In this document: one piece after another, positions 38,172 to 52,259 of the stretch | Numbering within the stretch: position 1 is the first letter of the stretch | Layout: every line of letters begins with the position of its first letter | Origin: Mobula hypostoma | Taxonomy: Eukaryota | NCBI RefSeq assembly: GCF_963921235.1 | Contig: NC_086108.1 | Location: 66,342,001-66,406,000, forward strand | Direction of reading: 5' to 3' | DNA length: 64,000 bases | Program-made: the position numbers and the translations under genes | The notes under the pieces: generated by a model | The model's input: only the letters and a program-made list of their open reading frames with translations | What the model was told of the DNA's origin: nothing | The model's database searches: none

Positions 38172-39335
38172 ATGACATTGATGAAGGTAGAGCCATAGGT
38201 GTACTGTATATGGATTTCAGCAAGGCATTTGATAAGGTACCCCATGCAAGGGTTATTGAGAAAGTAAGAAAGCATGGGATCCAGGGGGACATTGCTTTGT
38301 GGGTCCAGAACTGGCTTGCCCACACAAGCCAAAGAGTGGTTGCAGATAGGTTATATTGTGCATGGAGGTCGGTGACCAGTGGTGTGTCTCAGGGATCTGT
38401 TCTGGGACCCCTACTCTTCATGATTTTTTATAAATGACCTGGATGAGGAAGTGCAGGGATGGGTTAGTGAACTTGCTGATGACAAAAAGGTTGGGTGTAT
38501 TGTGGATAGTGTGGAGGGCTGTTAGAGGTTACAGCAGGATACTGATAGATGCAAAAGTGGGCTGAAAAGTGGCAGATGGAGTTCAACCCAGATAAGTGTG
38601 AGGTGGTTCATTTTGTTAGGTCAAATATGATGGCAGATTACAGCACTAATGGTAAGACTCTTGGCAGTGTAGAGGATCAGAGGGATATTGGGGTCCGAGT
38701 CCATAGGTTAAGAAGGCATACAGTGCATTGGCCTTCATCAACCGTGGGATTGAGTTCAAGAGCCAAGAGGTAATGTTGCAGCTATATAGGACCCTGGTCA
38801 GACCCCACTTGGAGTACTGTGCTCAATTCTGGTTGCCTCACTACAGAAAGGACGTGGAAACCATAGAAAGGATGCAGAGAAGATTTGCAAGGGTGTTGCC
38901 TGAATTGGGGAGCATGCCTTATGAGAATAGGTTGAGCCCCTTGGAGTGACCAAGAATAAGAGGTGACCTGATGGAGCTGTACAAGATAATGAGAGGCACT
39001 GATCGTGTGGATAGTCGGAGGCTTTTTCCCAGGGCTGAAATGGCTAGCATGAGAGGGCATAGTTTTAAGCTGCTTGGAAGTAGGTACAGAGAAGATGTCA
39101 GGAGTAAGCTTTTTACGCAGAGAGTGGTGAGTGTGTGGAATGGGCTGCCGGCGGTGGTGGTGGAGGCGGAAACGATAGGGTCTTTTAAGAGACTCCTGGA
39201 TAGGTATATAGAGCTTAGAAAAATAGAGGGCTATGGGTAAGCCTAGGTAGTTCTAAGGTAAGGACATGTTCAGCACAGCTTTGTGGCCGAAGGGCCTGTA
39301 TTATTCTGTAGGTTTTCTAGGTTTCTCTGTTTCTA
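38172..39335 (+). mobile_element. Nested 5'-truncated CR1
   Basis: ORFs 38210-38437, 38549-38773, 38728-38949 and 38971-39240; 3' end near 39330. Confidence 0.88.
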
Positions 39336-39436
39336 ATATAGCAAAACTTAGTGGGAAGTTGGAGAATTGAGAAGCTTTTAAAAACCAACTAAAGGCAAAT
39401 AAAAAATCATAAGGAGGGATGAGATGAAATATGAAT

Positions 39437-40790
39437 ATCATCATTATCATTATTATGTGCCATGTAGTATGACATGAGTGATCATGGTCTTCCATCCATC
39501 TTTACTCTGAGAAGTTCTAATAAGTTCTCCAAAACTTTTGCCTGTCCATTCTTTGATGTAACTCATGAGTGTTATGTGTTATCAACTGTGAATTTTTCTT
39601 TCATCAGTTTTTCCCATCACTACAAGTTGTTCGAGCTTCCCTTTACTCAGTACCTGTCCCAGAAATTCCAACTGCCACTTCCTAAATGATGACATTTTCT
39701 CTGCTTATTCTGGCTTTTCGCAACCCTTTCTCATTTGTTACTCTGTCTTTCTACGATACCTTCATCATTCTTTTCAAAAACCACATTGCTGCAGTTTTGA
39801 GCGTTCCTTCATCTTGCTTTGATAATGTCCAACATTCGCTTCCATATGTTCTTGAAGAACGACTGTAGCTCTGCTACACTGAGTTTTGTAGCCATAGTAA
39901 TTATGTAATTCTTTAGTATCTTGCTCAAACACTTGAACGTGCATTTAGCAATTCCAATCCTTCTTCTAGCTTCAACATCAGCCTAAGTAATTGAATTTCC
40001 ATGTTTGCTTAATTGTTTTGTTGCCCACTTTCAGTTCATACTTCTGTACTTCTTCCTTCTTGGTGACAACCATACATTCAACCTTCTTGCAGGTGATCGT
40101 CAATCCTCTCTGCACTTTCTTCAATGATTTTGTCTAGTATTTCTTGGAGCATCTCTTTAGGAGTAGCTATCAGTACCTTGTCTGTGTATCATAGATTGTA
40201 AAAATTGTATCCACCAATTATCATGTCTGGAATACTGCTAATTTCTCTTAGAATCTTGTCACTATAAATGTTGAATAGGTCAGTTGAGAGTACACAGCCC
40301 TATCTGACATCCCTCTTATTCTGGACAAAATCACTTGCCTCTTTTTCAGCTCTCATTCCTGCTCTTTGTTCCCAATTCAAATTTCAGATTATTCTGATCT
40401 CTTTCCCATCAATGTCCAAGTACTGAAGGATTTTCATAAGCTCTTCATGTCTCACCTTATCAAATGCTGTGGCATAATCATATAGGTCTTTCTGCACCTC
40501 GATGGAATGCTCACAAATCATTCTAAGGATGAAGATTGCATTTCATATTCTACTTTCTTCAATGAAGCTGTACGACTCTTGTGTGATCTCTGCTTTCATG
40601 TTTTTTTCTTGCTTTCATCTTTATGGTTTGTAGCAGGACTTTCACAACATGGCTCATCAAAATAATTGTGCGATGTAACTCACATTCAATTGCTGTAATG
40701 TTTTTCACATTGCAGTGAATACTGACTTGCTCATTTCCTCAGGACTTTCCCTGCTATCATATATTTCATTCAGCAAATCTATCAATCTTT
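39437..40790 (-). mobile_element. Degenerate RTE-clade LINE
   Basis: The minus strand at about 40240-40315 reads (G)VR*GCVLSTDLFNIYSDKILREI; AFDKVRHEEL near 40450; (ATG/TGA)n-type tail at about 39437-39455. Confidence 0.65.
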
Positions 40791-41579
40791 CAATTCCTAG
40801 GAGTGCTGACTCTCTCCACCACTGATCTTCCAAAGTAGTCTGCACCATGTTTGCCCTCCTGACCCTTCCTAAACTCAACAATCAGTTCTGTTGGAAGACT
40901 GTCAGTGTAGAAACATTGTGATCCACCAGCAGTTTGTCTATCAAGGTTGTTGATCAAGAAAGAGAAGAGCAATAAACACCACGCAAGAGAGTAAGCAGGT
41001 CAGTTACAGAACATGCAAAAGTTGATTTCAACATTTTGAATCAATAAGAGAGAATGCAAGATGCTGGCTCATTGAAAGGCTCTTTGCAATTTCTTGACTT
41101 CACTGTGGAAGACACTAGCAGTATTCCAGAAATTTGAGAGTGTCGGGGGGCAGAGTTGAGTGTAATTACTATTAATAAGAATAAAGTGTTTGGGAAGATA
41201 AAAGTCTGAAGGTAGATAAGTCACCTAGATCAGATAGACTACACCCCAGGGTTCTAAAAGAGGTAGCTTAACAGTCTGTGGAGGGATTAGTAATAACCTT
41301 TCAAAAATCACCAGATTCTGGAATGGTTCTGGAGGACTGGAAAATTGCAAATTTCACTCTACTCTTCAAGAAGTTGGGGGGGGGCAGAAGAAAGGAAATT
41401 ATAGACCAGTTAGCCTGACTTCAGTGGTTGGAAAGATGATTGAGTTCATTATTCAGGATGAGGCTTTGGGGGACTTGGACGCACATGATAAAATAGGCCA
41501 AAGTCAACTTGGTTTCCTTATGGGAAATCTTGCCTAACAAATTTGTTGGAATTCTTTGAGGAAATAACAGGCAGGATAT

Positions 41580-43280
41580 TTTTTTTTTGCATCTGTATTT
41601 ACTAAGGAAGCTGGCATGAAATCTATGGAATTGAGGGAATCAAGTAGTGAGACCATGGAAACTGTACAGATTGAAAAGGAGGAGGTGCTTGCTGTCTTGA
41701 GGAAAATTAAAGTGGATAAATCCCCGGGACCTGACAGAGTGTTCCCTCGGACCTTGAAGGAGACTAGTGTTGAAACTGCGGGGGCCCTGGCAGAAATATT
41801 TAAAATGTCGCTGTCTACGGGTGAAGTGCCGGAGGATTGGAGAGTGGCTCATGTTGTTCCGTTGTTTAAAAAAGGATCGAAAAGTAATCCGGGAAATTAT
41901 AGGCCAGTGAGTTTAACGTCAGTAGTAGGTAAGTTATTGGAGGGAGTACTAAGGGACAGAATCTACAAGCATTTGGATAGACAGGGGCTTATTAGGGAGA
42001 GTCAACATGGCTTTGTGCGTGGTAGGTCATGTTTGACCAATCTGTTGGAGTTTTTCGAGGAGGTTACCAGGAAAGTGGATGAAGGGAAGGCAGTGGATAT
42101 TGTCTACATGGACTTCAGTAAGGCCTTTGACAAGGTCCCGCATGGGAGGTTAGTTAGGAAAATTCAGTCGCTAGGTATACATGGAGAGGTGGTAAATTGG
42201 ATTAGACATTGGCTCGAAGGAAGAAGCCAGAGAGTGGTGGTAGAGAATTGCTTCTCTGAGTGAAGGCCTGTGACTAGTGGTGTGCCACAGGGATCAGTGC
42301 TGGGTCCATTGTTATTTGTCATCTATATCAATGATCTGGATGATAATGTGATAAATTGGATCAGCAAGTTTGCTGATGATACAAAGATTGGAGGTGTAGT
42401 AGACAGTGAGGAAGGTTTTCAGAGCCTGCAGAGGGACTTGGACCAGCTGGAAAAATGGGCTGAAAAATGGCATATGGAGTTTAATACTGACAAGTGTGAG
42501 GTATTGCACGTTGGAAGGACAAACCAACGTAGAACATACAGGGTTAATGAGGAGTGCAGTGGAACAGAGGGATCTGGGAATACAGATACAAAATTCCCTA
42601 AAAGTGTCATCACAGGTAGATAGGGTCATAAAGAGAGCTTTTGGTACGTTGGCCTTTATTAATCTAAGTATTGAGTATAAGAGCTGGAATGTTATGATGA
42701 GGTTGTATAAGGCATTGGTGAGGCCGAATCTGGAGTATTGTGTTCAGTTTTGGTCACCAAATTACAGGAAGGATATAAATAAGGTTGAAAGAGTGCAGAG
42801 AAGGTTTACAAGGATGTTGCCGGGACTTGAGAAACTCAGTTACAGAGAAAGGTTGAATAGGTTAGGACTTTATTCCCTGGAGCGTAGAAGAATGAGAGGA
42901 GATTTGATAGAGGTATATAAAATTATGATGGGTATAGATAGAGTGAGTGCAAGCAGGCTTTTTCCACTGAGGCAAGGGGAGAAAAAAACCAGAGGACATG
43001 GGTTAAGGGTGAGGGGGGAAAAGTTTAAAGGGAACATTAGTGGGGGCTTCTTCACACAGAGAGTGGTGGGAGTATGGAATGAGCTGCCAGACGAGATGGT
43101 AAATGCGGGTTCTTTTTTAATGTTTAAGAATAAATTGGACAGATACATAGATGGGAGGTGTATGGAGGGGTATGGTCCGTGTGCAGGTCAGTGGGACTAG
43201 GCAGAAAATGGTTCGGCACAGCCAAGAAGGGTCAAAGGGCCTGTTTCTGTGCTGTAGTTTCTATGGTTCTATGGTTCTAT
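41580..43280 (+). mobile_element. Nested young CR1 (same subfamily as 25697-28450)
   Basis: ORFs 41616-42263, 42270-42623 and 42406-43200; tail ttctatggttctatggttctat. Confidence 0.95.
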
Positions 43281-45600
43281 GATAGACCAAGGAGTCAGTA
43301 GATTTTGTTTACTTGGATTTTTAGAAGGCACTTGACGAGGCACCACTTATGGGGCTACTTAACAAGATAAGAGCCCATCAAATTACAGGAAAGATACTAG
43401 CATAGGTAGAAAGTTAGCTGAATGGCAGAATGCAAAGAGATGAACTACAGAGAGCCTATTCTGTTTGGCTGTCAGGATGTAGGTTCCACAGTGACTGTAT
43501 AGAGACCACTTCTTTTCACATAATACGTCAACGATTTGGATGCCAGAACTGATGGTTTTGTGGCCAAGTAGATGTACAGTGCAAAGATATGTGGATGGGC
43601 TGGTAGTGTTGCGGAAGCAAAGCATCAGCAGAAGGACTTAGACAGAGAAGGATATTGGCCAAAGAAGTGTTAGGTGGAATATAGTGTAGGGAAGTTCATG
43701 GTCATCCTCTTAGATAGAAGGAATAAAGAGCATAGACTATTGCCTAAATGGGAAGCTAATTCAAAAATATGAGGTAGAAAGGAACTTTGGAGTCCTTGTA
43801 CAGAATTCTCTAAAGGTCAACTTGCAGGTTGAGTCAAAGGTAAGGAAGGGAAATGCAGTGTTAACATTCATTTCAAGAGGACTAGAATGTACTGTAAGAG
43901 CAATGATGTGATGCTAAGGCTTTATAAGGAATTGGTCAGACTGCACTTGGTGTACTTTGAGCAGTTTTGGGCCCCGTTTCTAAGAAAAGATGCTCAGAGG
44001 AGCTCCACAAGAATGATTCTGTGAATTGGAGAGTTAACATATGATGAACGTCTGATGGATAAAGCCTATTGAATATTGAAAGTGCAAGATTGTGTGGATT
44101 TGGAGAGGGTGTTTCCTATAGTGGAATAGTCTAGGACCAGAAGGCACAGCCTCAGAGTAGATGGAAGTCTATTTAGAACAGAGATGAGGAGGAATTCATT
44201 TAGTCAGAGGGTTGTAAATCTGAAATTCGTGGCCACTGAGGGCTGTGAGGTCCAAGTCATTAAGTATGTTTATAGCGGAGGTTGATAGGTTCTTGCTTAG
44301 TCAAGGTGTCAAAGGTTATGGGAAGAAGGCAGGAGAATAGTGTTGGGAGGGATAATAAATCAGCCTTGTTGGAACGCCTGAGTAGTCTTGATGGGCCTAA
44401 TGGCCCAGCTCTGTCCTGTGTCTTCTGGTCTCTTGTCTACATGAAACACATAAAATGCATATAAATATTTCAACATGGAAACTGGTGACAATTGAGCGAT
44501 TAGTACATTATTCATTCAATAATTGGATTAATAGGGTGGCACAGTTAGAACTGAGGACAAAGATAAATAGAATAGAAGAGCTATGAAAACTGTTAAAGGG
44601 ATCGCTGGAGGTGAGGTTTTTGAAGTTCAGTTTTCAGTACTGGTAAGTTTGTCCAAGTTTTACAATTTCTTCAGACGGGTCAATGTTGATTATGATACGA
44701 AGTTTTGCCTATATATTGGAGAATACTGTTATAATAGAATAATGACAGAGTAATCTGATAGAACTTCTATTTTTTAGATTTAGTTTCTAGGAGACACTAC
44801 CAACCATCATCATAATTGTGGAGAGCATGACTTAAAGGACATTACACATTTTTAGAGCTGGAAAGGTGTCAACTGCTATGAGTGTTAGGAAGTGCACTCA
44901 CCATGACACTGGAATATCAGCGCTGAGATTTGCGGCAACAATTCTAACTTGTGTGGGGGCTGATGGTAATTGGACAGTTGTCAGAAGCACAGGTGTGAAG
45001 AAGAGTTTTATGATGTACAGGGGCCAGGAAATGGTGGTAGGGTTCTGTCTGAGAGTCTGAAATCCTCAGCGTTTATGCTGGACCTTGAAGGACAGGAGCT
45101 TGAAGATGCAAGATCATGATATTGCAGAAGGTGTGATTAGAATTCAGATGGAGATGCTCAGAAGTTAGTAGTCCGTGCTGGGAGGTGGTTGGGTTATGAT
45201 TTGTTCTGTCAAGGGTGTGTCTGTATACAAAGCTAAGTAAAAAGGCCTACTTAATATGTGTACCCTAAATGCTGTAGCATTAAGAAAACACAATTCTGGA
45301 AGTGACCACCACTTCAGTTGCTAACAGAACATTATGAATCAATTTGCCACACGATGTTTCAAAAGAATGTCTGTACTCAAAGCAACATTATCAAAGTAAG
45401 CTGATCACAGATTGTCTCAAGAGGGAAACTTGGCTGGAAATTTCTGGTCAACTTTCTGACATAATTAAATGTTCACAGAGAGATCACAGTTGTCATTTTG
45501 TCACTTGTTGTCCATACAGGATCTTGCAGTCCTAAAGATTTAAAAAAAGAATCTTTAGAGGTTCTGGGTATTTATTGGGCTACATAGGCATTAATAAATA

Positions 45601-46089
45601 CACTCAGTGGCCACTTTATTAGAAGACCCATCCACTTCAAGGTTTGATGTGTTGTGGTTACAGAGATGCTATTCTGTACCACCACTGTTGTAACACGTGG
45701 TTATTTGAGTTATTGCCGCCTTCCTGTCAGCTTGAACTAGTCTGGCCATTCTCCTGTGATCACTCTCATGAACAAGGTGTTCTTGCCCATGGAACTGCAA
45801 CTCACTTCATGATTTTTTCACTTTTTACACCATTTTCTGTAAGCTTTGGAGACTATGCTTGAAGATCCCAGGAGATCAGCAGTTTCTGAGATATCAACAA
45901 TCACCCCACGGTCAGAGTCACTGGGGTCAAACTTTTTCTATTTCTGATCTTTGGGCTGAACAACAACTGAACCTTTTGACCATGTCTGCATGTTTTCATG
46001 CATTGAGTTGCTGCCACATGATTACCTGATTAGATATTCACATTAATGTGCAGGTATTCAGCTGTACCTAATAAACTGGTCACTGAGTG
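45601..46089. mobile_element. Non-autonomous Tc1/mariner-type element (MITE)
   Basis: TIRs CACTCAGTGGCCACTTTATTAG (45601-45622) and CTAATAAACTGGTCACTGAGTG (46068-46089); TA on both flanks; no transposase ORF. Confidence 0.88.
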
Positions 46090-46264
46090 TAGATTCATTG
46101 TTGAACCAGAAGGAGGCTATTCGGTCCATTATGTCCATACTGAACTTCGGTCATCACTACTTCCCAGCTTTTGCTCTGAAACTCTCAGTGTTATGCCTCT
46201 TCCATAACACTGGAGGGTTTATCAACACCACCTTTTCAGGCAATGAGTTATAGATTCAACCATT

Positions 46265-49200
46265 CAATATTCTTCTGACCTACTGAAGATGTTAGGCCAT
46301 CTGAAAGCTGAAAGGTTAAAACTGTCACTGGACAAGTGCCAGTTCTGCAAGATGTCTGTCAACTACATTTGACACATAGTCTCACAGATGGAGTAACTAC
46401 AGATCTGTTAAAGATAGAGGCACCCACATACTCAAGAATGTGAGTGCGCTGCGCTCGTTCCTTGGATTCTGTGGGTACTATCAGAGGTTTGTGAAGGACT
46501 ACTCTAAAATGAGTCACCCTTTGAATCAGCTTCTGTGTGGGTACCCTCTTTTGGGGAAGAACGGGAGGAGGGCGAAAGGAGAAGATGGTAAAGTTTATCT
46601 TAGCCCTTTGGAGTCTTTTGGAGCAAGATGGGATACAAAATGTGAAGAGGCCTTTCAGTTGCTGAAGGAGCTGCTGATGAAAGTGCCTATGTTGGCCTTT
46701 GCAAACCCCCAATTGCCATATGTGTTGCATACAGATGCCAGCCAAGTGGGCTTAGGGGGGCATTCTATATCAGGATCAGGGCACAGGGTTACAACCTGTC
46801 ACTTTTGTCAGTCGGAGTCCGTCACACCCCGAGCGAAACTACCTCATGCACAAATTGGAGCTCCTGGTACTAAGATGGGCCATGGTGGATGTAAGTGATT
46901 ATCTATATTGCTCCAAGTTTGAGGTGAGGATGGACACCAACCTATGAACATATCCTGATCTCCATGAGATTGGATGCCACAGGCCAATGTCGGCTGGTGG
47001 AGTTGTCTGCCTATGATTTCAACATGTAGTACCCGCCAGAGAGCTGGAACATTGATGCAGATGCTTTGTCCTGACATGCGCATGAAGGGCTGGAAATGGA
47101 CGGAGAATGGGAGAGCGTTCCTGCACCTGGAGTTAAAGCAATGTGCCAGTTTTCCATCATGGGGAAATCAGAAGCACGGCCAGAGCTGGATAGAACTGTG
47201 GATCGTTAGGGAGTTTCTGTGCCATTCCACAAGCTCACTGCAACCTGACTGCCCTGAATACAAAGCAGTTGCCTATGTTGTGTCCTGGGAAAGTGGCCGC
47301 TGCTCAGTGAGATGACCCTTGTATGGGTACCGTTCGGTCAGCTGTTGCGACAGGGGATATGGCCCAAGCTGGAACGATGAAACACCCTGCCATATCTCTA
47401 CTGCTGAGAGAATGGGACAAACTGGAGTTGAGGAACCAGGTTCTAGACTGGGTCACGTCTCTTCCAGACAGGCCTTGACGTTCCCAGTTGGTTCTGCCTG
47501 ATAAGTATCAGAGGATTGTGTTGAAGTCATTTCATGATGATTCAGGTCATTTGAGTTTGACAAGATCTATGGATTGGTCAGAGATCAGTTCTGCTGACCC
47601 CAAATGAACCCTGAAATAAAAGAGTACTGTAAGTCATGCATTCAATGTATTTGGAGGAAGATGCTGCCTATGAGGGCCGCTCCTTTATCTCATTTGCAGA
47701 GTGCAGGGCCACTTGATCTGGTATGTATGGATTTCCTCTCCATACAGCCTGATTCCAGCTACACAGCGAATTACTGATCGCTACACCAGATATGCTTAAG
47801 CCTTCCCTACAAAGGAACAGAGGGAATCCACTGTGGCCAAAGTGTTTTGGAAGAAGTATTTTGTTTGTTATGGCCTTTTTAGATGGATACAGAATGATCA
47901 GGGAAGGGATTTTGAGAGGAGGCTCATACATGAGGTACTGAGCATGCTTGGAGTCAAGAAGTCGAGGACTATACCTTATCACCTTCAGGATGATCCCCAG
48001 CCCAAGAGGTTCAACCGGGCATTACTAGACATGTTTGGAACCCTGGAGTCAGTATATTGGGCATCTGGTCCACTGTTACAACTGTACACAGAATGAAACT
48101 ACTGGATACTCACCATATTATTTGAAGTTTGGGTGCAAAGCAAGATTGCCTGTTGACCTCTGGACTGCTGGGGAAGATTTGCCACAGAAGACCTATCCAT
48201 GTCTGACATGAGGAGTGAATTGCAAAAGGCTTATGAACTAGCAAAGGTCTCTGCTACCAAGCAGAATCAAGGAAATAGGAGGAGATATGAACAAAAGATT
48301 AGGTTCTTCCAACTGATGCTGAGACAGAGTTCACATAAGGAATTGGGGGCTACCAGGGAAGCATAAGTTGGCTGACCACTGGGTGGCTACGCCCTATGTA
48401 GTGGAGAGTCAGATGCCAAATACGTCAGTTTTCCGGGTGAAGCCAAAAGATGAGAATGGCCTGTCAAAATTCTCCATCGGAACCACCTTTTACCTCTGGG
48501 ATAAGAGGCACACGTTGACCCAGAGCCTGACATAAACCCTGCCGCTAGTAGGAGGACTCTGCAGCGAGATTGGAGAACAGAGAGACAAGCAGTGGAGAGA
48601 CGTGAAGGGGACTTAACCACTGAATATTGTATAGACTCAAAGGATGAGGAAATGGTGGTGTGATACATGTTACCTATGCAAATTCCCCAATTATTGACAA
48701 AGAGACATTTCAAAGTCATGTGGACATGACTATTTCTGGTGGTGGGAGTGTGTAACACCCTGGTAAAGGTTTTACTGCTGACGTTGTAGAGTATTTTATG
48801 TAAAGGTCTTTCTGTTGAAGCAGTACATTCTGCTGGCGTGTTTGGGTTACCATTAATGATAAGAGATGCTTAGAAATGTGTGTCATCCAGTCAGGACAGT
48901 GGAACTGGGAGAAGGTTCTAAAGAACACTGGGGGAGCAGTTTTTTGTGATGAACACTGAGGTGGGTCGAGGTCTTTCTCGGCGGGAGATGGAGAGAGAAG
49001 GCGCTCAAGAGAACTGGCTGTAGGATTCAATCTGGCGAGAGCGTGTAATCAAATGGAGCCCAAGAGGGGAACTTTTACCAGAAGTGGTGAATAGATGTTG
49101 GTACAGTGTATACATCAAAAACAATGGCTTCTGGAAGATTTGAGCTCCACCGTGCACATGTGGCTGTTTAATTATAATGGGACCTTTTTGTTTTTTTCTT

Positions 49201-49510
49201 TTCTTCCTTTAATAGCTGTTTGCTTAAGTTAGCATTGTTAAATATACTTCTTTATAATTGTATGCAGTGTATGATCTGTCATTTCTTGCCTAAAGGTGAC
49301 TGCCAGGGGCAGTAAATCACACAGCATTTACACAAACCGGGGTTTGGGTGGACAAGACATCCTAACCTCAGGAATCTGGCGAGACCAAAGTCGTACACAC
49401 CCTGGATGTATGAAGCTTGAAGGTGGGTTTCTCACCACGGACTCCAGTGGCTATTAGCAAGGAGCTAACGAGCCATACTTCCAGAGACGCCCAGTAAAAT
49501 GAGGCTTCAA
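46265..49510 (+). mobile_element. Degenerate Ty3/Gypsy 3' half (RT end, RNase H, integrase, PPT, 3' LTR), related to 5010-9310
   Basis: LRSFLGFCGYYQRFVKDYS...LHTDAS (46440-46898). Integrase ...IQNDQGRDFE...KSRTIPYH...RFNRALLDM (47833-48096). PPT followed by TGTAAC at 48751; the LTR right end is approximate. Confidence 0.88.
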
Positions 49511-52259
49511 AGGCTATTTGGATGTTCTCTGATTTGGGTCTCGGCTTCCACCTGAAGACTCAGTGGTCAATGTGACCCACTGGCTTGGGGAAGGACTCTC
49601 TGACACAGAGGGTCAGCTGTAGGTGGGTTCAATTGAAACTGAGAAATGTTTGATTATTTAAAAATGGAGGGTTATGTAGAAGTTCAGCACAGCATCATGG
49701 GCTGAAGATCTACACTGTGGTGCAATGTTCTGTATTCTAGTTTCTGCCCCCCTTTCCATCTATGGATCATCATAGAGAGAGAGAGAAAGAGACCTTATTA
49801 GATACTTTACATCACATTTTACTCAGCTTAAGTGCTGACAGCTGTTGTTTCGGCAAATAACAACTGAGTACATTCAATTCAATTGATATGTGCCTACACG
49901 CATTGATAAATTAACAGCTCCATTATGGTGCTGGAGACTTTGTAAAATATTCACTTAATGGCAGACATACTTCAATATGTATTCCTTAATCATTGGTAAT
50001 ACGGTTATTCTATGTCTGACTGAAAATTATAATCTTTAGTAAACCATAAAGCAACGACTTCCAGAGTCGTCGTGAATTTATATCAATCATTTCTGCCGTA
50101 CAGCAACCCACCTATTACGTATACGTCAGTGTTCATGTGTCAGGGTTAATATAAAACAGCGTGTGCAGTAATTAGTTAATTCCTGACAAATAACCATTCA
50201 TCAAACATGATAAATAGACCAGAGAGCCTACACATGGAAACAGATTGAACAAAGGCAACATAAAATTAGTCCCACATAGCAAATCATCTTGTATTGGTTG
50301 AAGGACTTTGAAGTGATATCTAAAGTGCGTCTGGACTTTAATTTGCTTTAATGCCATTGGCCAATTCATTTATCATACCAAAGAGGGTGGTTGTGTGGTT
50401 AAATGACAGATCATCTGTCGTAAGGCTTAATGTATTATCTTGAAAACCTGATGGGAAAGTAAAGAAAAAAACAAGATGTTTGAAACTCAGCGGCTGGGAC
50501 AACCTCAGCATTCAATAAAGTGTTTGTACTCCACTTGACCTCTGACGCTGCACAAAATTCTAGTGAACCCTGCAAAACAGGCATGGCTATTTAAATAAGA
50601 GTAGGTTTTTAAATATCTGCTTATATAGTAAATAAAAACTTCAAGCTCCACGCCAGTGACCCAGCAAAACTATTTTTCATACAAAAGTACTAAAATAACA
50701 TTTTTTAGTAAAGTATTCTCTTCTAGCTCCTCCCTCTCTGCTTTCTGCATCCTATGGAAATGCACATCTGTTTAAAATATATAAACAGATTTTAGTATTA
50801 AATGTTCCATGTAAAAACAAATAGTAAATGCTTTAATTAAATTGGGATTGAAAAGTAAGGAACACCTCCTGAAACTTGCCAGTGAGTGTGGTCATTTACA
50901 ACAGGTAGACCTTGTTTTGAATTGTAGGTTTAAAATAAGCTTAGCGTTGATGGGCAAATGGCTTATAAAGTGAAACTTTCAATATCAACGTCCAGGTCTT
51001 TTGCATTCAAGTGAGATAGAACTTGTTCATTCATGTTGAGATTTGTAAAAGCAATGTTGTACTACTTGCAGCAATAGGAAATACTGCCCATTGAGTCCCT
51101 TGCATTAGAAGCTACAAGCTAGAAGTTTGCATAAACCCCACAAGATTATCATGCAACAAACATAGTATAGCTTGTTGGTTCATTGAATGTGTGTGTTCTT
51201 TGTGCCAATAGCAGTACATGGTATAGGAACATTCCAAAGTTCCATTAATCAAAGAACCAGCACCTTAAAAACATATTAAAAATTCAATCGTATATTTGAA
51301 TAATAAATGAGAAATTTACCATGGAATACTTATCATTTCCAAGTGAATTTTGTGAATTTCCTTTTATCTGAATTGACTATACAATAACCAACTTCCTTCA
51401 CAAAGTCTTCCTACTTAAATTGGCTAATTGCATGTGCACAAGTGAACTACCTGGCGGTAACAGTTCTGTATGAAATGTTGGGGGAGTGATTAAAGGTGTG
51501 AGGCAGTGATCTGTTCCTAACATGACAGGTTGGCTATGACGCCATAAACCCATCACTTAATCCCTCCTGCTATGTTATCGAGATTCCCTATTGTTTTCAT
51601 CTCATGCTCTCATTTTCTGTGCATTTTAAAAACTTACGTAAATGCAACTTTTATATTATATGTAACAGCACAGACAAAATCTATTTACTCTCCACCTGCT
51701 CAGCCCCAGTGATATCCAAAAAAAATCTATGCTCTACATAGCCTTGAATCATTCTCTTCATGAAGCAATAATAAAATGCTTCACAAAACATGCAAAAATT
51801 GGTTTCAACAATGATCTATGACAAAGATCTATTGTTTAGACATTCATCCCGTAACAAGCACTTAACATACTATATATTAATTCCAATCAATTGTAATTTA
51901 CTGTTGAAATGCATCTAACCAAATTCGATTGACTAAATTTTAGCGACAGAGTACCATGTGTCGCTATTGAAAGGGCATGGATTTCTCAGCTTGTTTGCTC
52001 CAAGAATTCCCTGTGGAAAGTATTCACTCCTCAAGTCTCGACTCACTTATTCAGCACCAACATCAACTAATTTAGGCAATGAGTTCTTAAATAAATGCAA
52101 TGGGTTTTCCATATTCTCTCCTTAAAGCCTTATAATCCAAAAATATCTCTCAATTATCTTCCTTGTGTCTGAACTAATGATGATTTACATTGTTACAACC
52201 CTTGAATATAATAGCAACTGAGTTTCAAAATTTTAATGTAAGAAACTAATTTTTTTTTG

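Larger units (their letters stand above)
33700..44440 (+). mobile_element. Old near full-length CR1 (ORF1 plus ORF2) hosting at least 7 nested insertions
   Basis: ORF1 remnants at 34025-34369, 34222-34521 (VVIGDSIVRG) and 34608-34910 (IGTNNI). ORF2 pieces resume collinearly at about 35090-35705, 36815-36840, 37876-38165, 39335-39430, 41100-41579 and 43281-44440. Confidence 0.8.
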
